Assembly: GCA_964057225.1 (NCBI GenBank)
Contig: OZ059895.1
Location: 13,702,001-13,766,000 of the forward strand
DNA: 64,000 nucleotides
Reading direction: 5' to 3'
DNA from: Auanema rhodensis
Lineage: Eukaryota > Animalia > Nematoda
Shown: positions 37,297-47,736 of the stretch, piece by piece
How positions within the stretch are numbered: the stretch's first letter is position 1
How the letters are laid out: each line of letters opens with the position of its first letter
The notes under the pieces: model-generated
What the model was told of the DNA's origin: nothing
Databases searched by the model: none
What the model saw: the letters and a program-made list of their open reading frames with translations, nothing else
Position numbers and translations under genes: made by a program

Positions 37297-37554
37297 TCAT
37301 CATTTCCCAGAGCAGCAGCATCGACAGCAACAGCAGCAGCAGCAGCAATTTATGCGGAGTGAGCCTAATGTCAGGCAGCAACAAATGATGGTATGTTAAT
37401 TTTCCATTTATCGAAAATTTGACTATTTTTCTAGCGAATGGCAAGTCATTGTCCTACTCAGCAATCACATTCTTACCAAGAAATGCGTAGTCAAGATGTT
37501 CCTCAGTCACAACAGCATCAACAAAGCTATGATTACAGTGGCTTTATGCGGTAG
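30582..37554 (+). CDS. pqn-80: Ubinuclein/Yemanuclein-like HIRA-complex subunit with HUN/HRD domain, coiled coil and Q/H-rich C-terminus
   Basis: YPDIDYEE...VRRLESKYG...[48 protein letters not shown] is the HRD signature. Many GT-AG introns lead through E/K/R coiled-coil exons and poly-Q exons to SGFMR*. Confidence 0.85.
36992..37160 (+). repeat. Coding minisatellite, 27-33 bp unit encoding HHG(Q/P)IQQQQ, 6 copies
   Basis: catcatgg(t/g)c(a/c)aattcaaca units start at 36992, 37019, 37046, 37073, 37106 and 37136. Confidence 0.95.
37253..37294 (+). repeat. (CAA)14 microsatellite encoding poly-Q
   Basis: Uninterrupted CAA run inside the Q-rich exon. Confidence 0.95.
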
Positions 37555-40500
37555 TTTTACATATGTTTTATGGTAGTAGCTTTTAATATTTGGTATTATA
37601 ATATTATGATCTTCATTCATTTCACTTCATTAACTTCTCTGGCATTTTATTTTAATGTTTTGAAGTCATGCTTAACGAGTATATATGAAAATGTTTAGTT
37701 TTACGTAAAAGCTTGATTTTATCTTATGATCATCTGTTTCCCCTTTGTAACTAAGAAGAAAGTCTTGAAACTTGAGCTTTTGTATATAGTTATTTCAGCT
37801 TAATAAGGTGCAATTGTAGCCAGCGGGTATTAGTTTACTAAATATAACGGTCTTGTGAATTAAATGACGTGCATTTTTATAAATTATTTGATTAAATGCT
37901 TTATAAATAGATTAATAATAAAATATCATTGCTATAAAGTATTATTAAGAAAGTATCTGTATTGTTTTTGTCTCAGGGCTGTTCAAGTGCGTGAAAAATA
38001 CCAGAAAAAAATTCGTGTTTATAAATCTATGAGTCAGAAGCAATATCACGAATGGGCAATGAATATACATGAATAAAACGATGAGCGGATGCCAAGGATG
38101 GGCTGGCGTGGTTGTTTGGCCGACTGAGTGTGTGGCTCGTCGTCCTATTGATTCTGCTCGCTTATTTGCTTCTTTTCCATTTCCTTTTCTCCTATATTGC
38201 CCACTCCTCCTTATTTCAGATTTCTGGATTCTGTTTCAAATAGGATTTTATTCAGAACTGGAGTAAATTAATTTTTTTGAAAATGAGCTATTTTTTCGTT
38301 TCTCATTGTGTTCTACTTAATTTTCTTATAACTAATTTTTCTCATCGAACTTATTAAAAAAATATGAGCATACTTATATTTAAAAGTTGCTGAATAAACG
38401 TAGTCAATAAAATACTAAAATTCTGTGTACGTCGAGCAAAATAGAATGACGTAGATATTTCCGAGATTCGATAATATCTACATTGGAATATCGCAAGTTC
38501 TTTCATTGGGAAAAACTTAATATTCATACTTACTTATATTTAAAAAGCCGAATGAAAGAAATATAGCAGAACTGAGAACGAAATCGGGGATAACTTACTG
38601 AGTTTTAAAAAGTTTTTTCGAAGGAATTTACGGATCCAAAACTTCCTTTTCGATTAAAAGAAATAAAATAGAGAAACTATTCAGATTCATTATTGGTTAG
38701 TATTCTTAATAATTTGAATTTATTATAAACCAGATTCAGTAGTAAATTACTTTATAAAAGCTTGCACGATTTACATCTGCCATATTTACTTCTTTAAAAT
38801 TAATTATTTATTAACTTTTATTATTTTATTATCCAGAGGCTAAGAGAATGACCACAATGATATTCATTTAGCAGTGGTTGAAGTAATGAACCCATGGGAT
38901 CTATTTCTTAAGCATTTTCCTTGTGGTTTAAAACTGAACTGAGTCTCTCTTACCAAACAAGCCGTCTGGAAACTGACATGACCACGTCTGACAAATTTGG
39001 GAGAACGGGCATATGAATGTGTACTCCATCTATTCTTATATTCTTTATTTTGTTACATTTTCTTAGATTCATTATAAGTTTATTTGCTTCCAAATACTAA
39101 ATCATCTATATGCTGCAAGTTTTTATTTTTCTTTATTTTAGTATAATTGTATACATCGTCCTGACGTATTGAACCACCTCCAGCACGCCGCATGGAACTG
39201 GATGCGAGGTTAGTATAACATATATATATTTTTATAAATCTAATTATATACATGCATAGTAAACAAAACGTTAACTCTTTCTGTGCTGTTTTTTTCTCTG
39301 TAATCCCTCTTCTTATTTTAAAATTTGATTTTAGACGTGTATTGTCTAAAATTCTCTTCAACTTTACTATTCTTCCCGGTCATTTAAATATTTTTCTAAA
39401 TCCATTTTTTTATAAAAATAAAACCCATTTTCCAATAAAAAATTGGAGTGCTCAAACTAAAACGTCTATTAGTCATATTCACTTCGGGCGCTGATGTATT
39501 AATTTGGACAAGTTCCCTTTTCAGCCAACATTTCTTGCTTTTACGTCTTCTTTTCTTTCTCTGTATTTTCGTCTTCTTTTCATTTTTAAATTTAGATTTC
39601 AATTTTTCGTTATTGCCGTTTTGATAAAAGTTATGTGTACGATTGGACATCGACAACAAAAATTAGGTATTTTGATAGAATCTATATCTGCCAATTTTTG
39701 GTAATCTCCTGTCATATGCTTTCAAAACGTCTATTTTTACCTTCAACATAATTAGTTATGTGTATTCTTTTAAGAAGTTAAACTGTATATTAAGAAAAAC
39801 TTTCAAATATATACAATATTCCATATGATAGCTAATTTTTATTGTTTTATAATGGACAAAAAAAGTAAGAGTTTCTGCAATTTATCGAATCTTCGATGTT
39901 GATTGTCAAACATAATATTATATTTCATAAATGTGGTTCGATTTCTTGTAGTCAGTCTGCAATGTTGTTAGGCTAAGTGCATTTTTATATTTTCCCGTTC
40001 CGTTTCATTCTTTTTTTTATTTGATTTCTATATATCCACACTTTTTTGTTCTCGTTTCCATGGGCAACCTGCAACAGCTTATTGAACCTCATATCACAAC
40101 CATCCCCTAGCATTCGACTACTAGACTATCACATTTAAAATGGCTGTGACTATTTTAGAAATTGAATCTTTTTCTTGGAATCGCTTTACTTTAAGCTGCA
40201 CATATCGGACTCTAACAGTCTTTTCTACATTTTCTGAAACTTCTGACCATAAATCCAGTTGGATATAGTAGCTATGAAGCTTCACATTAGACTCCTCGTA
40301 TGGAGCTTACTCCGAACTAAATATTGATTATTTCTTTTTGCTATATAAGGAAACCCTTTTTATGTTTTATGACACACACACATATATTTTATATATATAT
40401 CTATATAAATTCATATAGATACACATATGTTTATGTTTATAGTATATAACAAATGCACGTTGAAAAAAATATTTTGAATGTGAGTTTCATAAAATTTACC

Positions 40501-40961
40501 ACTTACTTTGAATATCTTATGATTTGATATGCATTATATTGGCTCATTACAAATAAATTCAATTTTATCGATTGGTTTTTTTTCTAATAGATCATAACAC
40601 GTTGGTTAATGCTTGAATTTTTAAATTGTCTTGCTCCTTTTTATAAGACTTGTATTGTTTGGCAGTGTTGTAAGAATGTGTTCGGTAATAGCATACATCC
40701 TGTCAGCACTGCCGAATCGATGCTAAGTCTATACTTAATAAAGATACTTCTGCAGTTTATGATTTTCTTAAATTTGTGTGATCTTTCATAACCTGCACAT
40801 GTTGGTAAAAATATGGAGTTCTGATTAGGGAGGAGAAGTTTTTCCTTAGCAACTTGTCAACATTACTCCATTTCATAAAAACGAGAATCAATCTTTCCTA
40901 AAATAGAATGCTTACATTTTCTTATTAATTTACAGGTGCTTCCCAGCGTCATATTCGCGAA

Positions 40962-43900
40962 ATGGAGGCGATTGTATCAAAAGCCAGGAGGTTTGATCAA
41001 CTGCGTGGCATATCGGATAGTCTCCTTCTAGCTTTAATTCGCTATTCAGAGCCCCAACCAGATAAAATTTCGGCTGGAGTAATTTGTAAGTATATATTGT
41101 TTAAATTATTTTCTCATCGATAAGCCAATAATAAAAATAAAAAAGGAAGATACATACACTTATTAGGTATGAATGCACATACACACATACAATATTGGTG
41201 ATTCATTCATTTCGTTAAAACAAATGACGTATTAGTATTTAATTATATATATATATATATTAATAATAGGTATATAGATATACATATATTATATTTAAAA
41301 CTTTATATATTCTTTCAAACAATATTATGTTTAGTATTACAATCTTGTAATTATGTGATATGTAGATATGAAATTATAACTACTTGCAAATATATATCTT
41401 TTAATATTAAATTTCTTATAAAAAATTGAAAATTATCTTTTGATTTATCTAAAATTCTAAAATCATTAGAATTTTAAATAATAATGAAATAAGCAATTAG
41501 TCTGGACAGTTTCACAGTGCTGGTTTTTTCTTTCTAAATATTTCATTTGTTTCAATTTCGTTAAAAACTGAATATAATGAGCTTTCAGTATTCAATCAAG
41601 GTGATTATACTCAATATTGGTATCTTTTACTAGCGGGCCAGGTTCAACTATTCCTTCCTACTATTAATGGCAATGTGAGTTTTTAAATTAAAATTAGTTT
41701 TATATTTACATATTTAATATAATAAATTTAAAATACTATAACTTTCTATATTCGTTCTGTATTTATGAATATTGTTTCGTTTTCCCCTCACTTTTTGAAT
41801 TTGCTTTTATTTCGATTGTAGAAACGATAACAAGCGTAAATAAGACTTAACGAATCAATCAAATAGTTAACGAAAAGCATCCTAAGTTCCATAAAAAATT
41901 TCAGCCTATTCACTTGCGAACTCTCTCAGCTGGTTGTCTCTTTGGAGAACTTGATGTTGTTCGTCATTGTTGTTCTGTAGTTGTAACTAAACCAGCCGAG
42001 TTTATTAAAATCTCCCAGAATCAGTTTCTCAGTGTGTATAATGTGAGTATTTATATGAGAACTTCTGAAAATGTTCTAATTATTTTAAGAAACACGCTGA
42101 TCATCTTCAACCATTTTTGGTTGTGATGCAAGATGCGATTGCTGAAGAATATGGCAAGTTAATTATTTTTTTTTATTTTATAATAAACAAAACTAAAAAA
42201 ATATTCAAAAAGTAAATTAACTTCACGTTGTTATATAAACACATAATTTCAGCTCATTCACCAGTTTTTCAATTTTTTGAATCTGATAATCATAGACATC
42301 CTGAGAACAAAACCAAAAATGGTTATTATCACCAACCGGCTATACCTGGCTCTGTTACAAATATTCAATATCAAGGCAAACTTTTTATTTTTTCATTATA
42401 TACTATATGCATGCGTTCCAGATGTTTATGATTTGAGTAAACTAAAATCAGAACTGCCTAACTATGATCAAACAAACATCATTGAATTCAATTCGATTGT
42501 AAGTTTTTTTTTTCTGATATTCAACAAAAGCTTTCTATTTATTTATTTGATTGCTATCTGTTTTTCGTTTATCCAAAAATATTTTATTTTTTAAGTATAT
42601 ATGAATATTTCAAATTATTTTACTCAGATGCAGCAAGTACCGAATAATTATTTTGGTTATAAATAGATATTCTTTATTATCTAATGTCTAAACTATGATA
42701 TATGTATACATATATATCTACTAATTGTGGTTTCTCATAAAAAAAAGTTGAAAACCTAAAAGTTAGTATACGTCCTCTTACGGAGGTTTAGGATCTACCC
42801 AGCCTTTATGACATAAATGCAAACATAAATTACAGTCATCTGAAGAGAGAATGGCCGAAGCTGGCTCAATTTTGAAGCATGTAATGATGTCTCAAGCACC
42901 ACATATTGTCCGTGATCGGGTGTTACATAATTTGGTATTTGATAATTGAATATAATAACAAACCCGAGAAGTTTAGCCATTTTCGTGTTGTATGATTGGG
43001 TCAGAAATGGTGGATTGGCTTCTAGAATTGAGCATCTCAATGGGACAACATTCTCCAGTATTGAGTAGATTTCAAGTGATTAAAGTGCAAGATTCCTTTT
43101 ATAATTTTTTATATTTATAGGTTACTGGAATATGGCAAACTTTATTAGAATATAATATTATTTGTCATGGTAAGTCTTTAACCAAAAATATTTGTACGTT
43201 TATAATTAATAAAATACAAAATATAAGAATTTTGAAGGCATATAAACATTTTATGTGTAGACAAATTGAGTTCCTATATAATTTATAATTTTTTTTTTGT
43301 TCTCATCAATAGAATCCATTACGTATGAACATTCGTATTATCATAAATGATGATGCCGACGAGTGTACGTTTTATGTACATAGAAATACATATACACAAC
43401 CATACATTTGTCGATAAATTCTATATTTCTGTTTTAATTAAACTTTATGTGAAGAGAATTCTGCTTTATATAGATAGATATATATATGAAAATAAGGCTG
43501 TTTATAAGAAATTTGATAAATGTTTACTCAGTTTTGCCTGTTTCAGTCTCGAATGAGCAACAATTTGCGGACAAACACCTTTTATATCGCTGGCTGAATG
43601 AAGATCAAATCCGTTTGTTTTTTTTCTAATGATTTGAATGCTCTTATATTTTATTTAAAACATTAACTTTAATATATTTAGAGCTGAATATTAAAATGCA
43701 AGCAGAAATTCCGTCAAGGGAAGATATCTTTAACTCCCTGTTCTTTTTGTCCACAGTTGGCCCGGACGCTCTGTTTAGAATGATCCTGAAGAAAACGTTT
43801 CTTTATTTCTCATGAAAGCATTTTAAGAATATTATTTAGGCCGTATGAACGAACTCCGGAAGAATTAGAGCTTGTATATGAAGAATTGTTACACGTTAAG

Positions 43901-46865
43901 GCTTTATCTCATTTGAGTACTATGGTAAAACGAGAATTAGCTACAGTTGTAGGATTTGAACACCATACTCATGCTGGTATGATTATTTTGTTCCTGAATA
44001 TTCTCAAAACAACATTTTAGGGACTGTATTGTTCCATCAAGGAGAGCCAGGTAAACATTGGTATATAATACTGAAAGGAAGTGTAGATGTAGTAATTCAT
44101 GGAAAAGTTATAATAAAATTTGTTTATCATATTTATAAAATAATATTAGGGTGTTGTATGCACATTGCAAGAAGGTGATGATTTTGGCAAACTAGCTTTG
44201 GTAAACGATGCTCCTAGAGCAGCTACTGTAGCTTTGCGAGAAGATGATTCACAATTTCTAGTTGTTAATAAATATGACTTTAACAGGTAAGAAAATAGCT
44301 AAGAAAGATAAATTTACTCATGTCCTTGTTTAGAATAATTCGCGATGTTGAAGCTAATACGGTGCGATTGAAAGAACATGGGCAGGATGTACTAGTTTTG
44401 GAGAAAATGAGCTGGCCCAGAGGTGCCGCTGTAGATGATGGAATGCCTGCTTTAACTGTCAAGGGCCAATGCAGGTATATTGCAATTTCTTAATTATATT
44501 TATTTATTGATATTTAATAGTTATTCGGTTATGGCTGGTTTACCTGAAAAGATGATTGAATATGTTTTAGAAACGAGAGTAGATGCTCAAACTGAAGAGG
44601 TACTTCATTCATTTTTTCAAGTATAGGCTAATTGATCAGATTTTTTTAGGGAGACATGGATGTGTTTCTGGAAGATTTCATTTTAACACATATTATATAT
44701 ATGCCAACCAATGTATTATGTAATTATCTTCGAAACTATTACAATCGGAAGCCTGATGTAAGTTTATTTCTTATTCCTTCTCCACTTTTGTGCTAATTTT
44801 CCAGTTTCACACTGATCCATTGCGTGCTCCAAATTGTGTATCACTTGCCATCGATTATGAAGCTGATATGGAGTTTAGCATTGCATCCAAACGTCGTGTT
44901 GTTACCTTTGTTAATCTTTGGGTTAGCACTTTAGGCGTTCAATTTTTTCTTCATCCTGCAGCTAATTCATTTATTGAAGTTTATAAAACGTAAATTTTGC
45001 ATTTACTGATAATTTGTTGTTAGGAATTATATTGTTATGTCTTGGACGACAATAAAAGATTTCCTCGAATGCAGCCATTACTCAATCGTATGACAATCTT
45101 ACAAGAAACTAGAGAAGAAGCTATGAGGTTAGTATGATTTCCTAACGAGTAAAACTCTATTTCTAGAAACCTTGCAAGACACTCGGCCGTAGTCCTGGAA
45201 TGCGGAGTTTTAGCAACTTCAGCTCCCGCCCCTTTGCCAATTCTTCCCAGTGATACTTGTATGTAAAATTATAGTTTAAACAAGTAGTATTATTCTGTAG
45301 GCAATCAGATAATTCATCTGGCTGATACAACATCCATCGTCCTTAATATTAGAATGGATAAAACTGCTCAAGATGTGTGCGAACTAGCTCGGGCTCGTGT
45401 ACGCTATAAGCATAGTAATGAAGCTCTTTCCTTGGTCGAAGTCCGAAGTGGAGGAGGTAGCCATAAACAGTTTTTTTTTATTTTCAAATTTTTCTATTAG
45501 AACGACATGTTTTTTCGCCACGTGATATTTCAATATCAACTATGCTCTCGCTCAATGGTAAACTTTATATTGCTTATAAAGATGAAATAATGTCATTGGT
45601 GAGTGTAGTAAACTAGAATTCAGCGTTTCAAAATTATTATAAATAAACCTTTTAGGTAGCGCAACCTGATCAGAATGGGCCTATAGAATCAATTCACTCA
45701 TCTGTTTTAGATTTCGTAAGAAGTTCTGAATTAGCACAGCAACTTTTTATTCTTCACACTCAATTATTTCATGCATGTGACGATATTGAACTTATCAATC
45801 AGGTAAAATTAATATTATGGAAATAAGTTAAATTTAAATCTTATTAGGTGATAGGTCGGGAGCAATTTCCAGGGAGAGTTCCTTCAAATTTGGATTTAAT
45901 GATGAGAAGGTTCAACGAAGTTCAATATTGGTCTACAACTGAAATTCTCCTAGCAGTCCCTGCTAAACGTGTGAATACGTTGAGAAAATTCATCAAGATT
46001 GCTATGCAGTAACAATATTTTTTCTTCTTCTACATAAAAGAAAAATTTAAGTGCTAAAGACAACGGAGATTTGTTATCGTTTTTTGCAATTACTCTTGGT
46101 CTTAGTAACATATCTGTAAGCAGACTTTCACAAACTTGGCAGGTATGTAAATGCTTGAAAGTGTTTTTTTGTTTTTATTGTGATATATTTTATTCCCTGA
46201 GCTATTGCTGCAGAAGCAGCGTGGCGCAGTGGAAGCGTGCTGGGCCCATAACCCAGAGGTCGGTGGATCGAAACCACTCGCTGCTAATGTTTTTGCAAAT
46301 ATTTTAAAAAATACTCAAGAGCTAAGGAATTCTGTTTTAGAGACTCCCGATGAAAATGAGAAGGCAGTTTGCAGATTTCGAATCTTTATTAGATCCGTCT
46401 AGGAATCATAGACCTTATCGTGCTCTTATTGCTAAAGTCTGTTAAAATTTGTTTTGTATAATAGTATAAGTTTAATTGATAGATGAATCCACCATATATT
46501 CCTTTTGTTCCTCTTCTACTGAAGGATTTAACTTTTATTCACGATGGAAACAAAACATATTATAATGGTTTGGTTAATTTTGAAAAGATGGTTAGTCTAC
46601 ATAACAATCCGAGTTCATAGAACATGTATTTTAGCACATGGTGGCAAACACTCTTCGAAGTTTTCGTCATTGCAAACTACGATTTTCAAGTAAGATTTTC
46701 CAGAACTCTCATAAAGATAATTGTGTTTCATTTTCAGATCAATGCTATGAAATGAAAAAAGTTTGTGAAACTCAAAATCTACTACGCAACTTTCGAGTTA
46801 TCGATAACCAGAAGCGTCTAATGGAGTTATCATATTTAATAGAACCGAAACGTAGAAAGAACTAA
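40962..46865 (+). CDS. epac-1: EPAC/RAPGEF4 cAMP-activated Rap GEF (cNMP-DEP-cNMP-REM-RA-RasGEF)
   Basis: [10 protein letters not shown]... first cNMP domain ([22 protein letters not shown]); DEP ([14 protein letters not shown]...GIWQTLLE); [12 protein letters not shown]; second cNMP domain ([18 protein letters not shown]); REM; RasGEF ([52 protein letters not shown]). The ORF is open upstream of the ATG to an acceptor at ~40936, so a further 5' exon is possible. Confidence 0.93.
46215..46286 (+). tRNA. tRNA-iMet: Initiator tRNA-Met (CAT), inside an epac-1 intron
   Basis: AGCAGCGTGGCGCAGTGGAAGCGTGCTGGGCCCATAACCCAGAGGTCGGTGGATCGAAACCACTCGCTGCTA: A1:U72 pair, three G-C pairs in the anticodon stem, AUCG T-loop typical of initiator tRNAs. 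A TTTTT Pol III terminator follows 3 nt downstream. Confidence 0.98.
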
Positions 46866-47312
46866 TAGCAATCATATATCAATGTACATGCCACTGTTTC
46901 CGCTCAATATTTGTATACTTCTCAAACCTATACTAATTGACTATAGCTCAATTATTCTGCAATTATATATAGGAGCGTGTCTAACTTTAAAATATTTCGA
47001 TTGGTTAAATCTCTTTAAAGATATCTGTACGCACTTGTAAATTGCTCAAGTATGTACTGTTATATATTTTATTATATATATTATGAATTTTACTTATTTA
47101 TGCTTAACTTCATTTTGCTATATAATTTCACTATCGTCAACATTGTCTAAATACCGGTGCTTTCAAGGTTGATTTATTAATCACATTCACTGTTTCAACA
47201 GTAAAGTAATGATTATAATAAATATAATATATTAAACAATGCAAATATATTTGATATTTAATTATATATGCTACAGTATAGCAACAAAATTTAAATATTT
47301 AAAGGTCTAAAA

Positions 47313-47673
47313 TTATTGGTCTCGGCACGATTTCACCGTATGGCTTTATCGACAACTCGCGTGAATTCCTAACTTCAGCGTCGCGGCTTGCGGAGCGCTG
47401 CGTGCGACATGCGTACCTTCTGAATACGTGCGTCGCGGTCGTACCGGACCGCGAGGCTTCGCGAAGCGGCCTGCGTGGCGTACATATCCTAAACAGCGCG
47501 AATATTCAGTTTTTGAATGCGGCTGGTATTCAAATCAACGGTTTCAAGCACCGTTGGTGCACTTTCGTATTAACAAATAAGGCTTCCAACAACTTGGTTC
47601 TTTGTGGGCCAACTCCCGGAAGCAAAAAATGCGATAAAGTGTCTGTAGGATAAGTACGTTACGAGCCCAATAA
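47313..47673 (+). ncRNA. Putative structured non-coding RNA or structured GC-rich element, family unknown
   Basis: Closing stem 47313-24/47662-73, at least 6 internal hairpins and two crossing long-range helices. G-U pairs favour the + strand. See findings. Confidence 0.45.
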
Positions 47674-47736
47674 GTTTATTTCTCGTTTTATGTTTTCATA
47701 GTAGCTTTCATCATATAATTGTTGTATTTAAGGTAA

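Noticed and set aside
36702-37444. Long ORFs on other frames and strands (poly-L/M, VEFDHD, NSNS repeats)
   Set aside because: Shadow frames of the CAA/CAG-rich Q/H exon of the ubinuclein gene.
38069-38230. G/T-rich stretch that can be drawn as a long hairpin (pre-miRNA-like)
   Set aside because: Pairing relies mostly on G-U wobble in G/T-biased sequence. More likely a distal epac-1 promoter element.
46205-46402. ORFs overlapping the tRNA
   Set aside because: They are read-through of intron and tRNA sequence, not coding.
47402-47653. 83-aa ORF across the GC-rich island
   Set aside because: GTG start, no splice context or recognisable domain. An open frame is expected from the high GC content.
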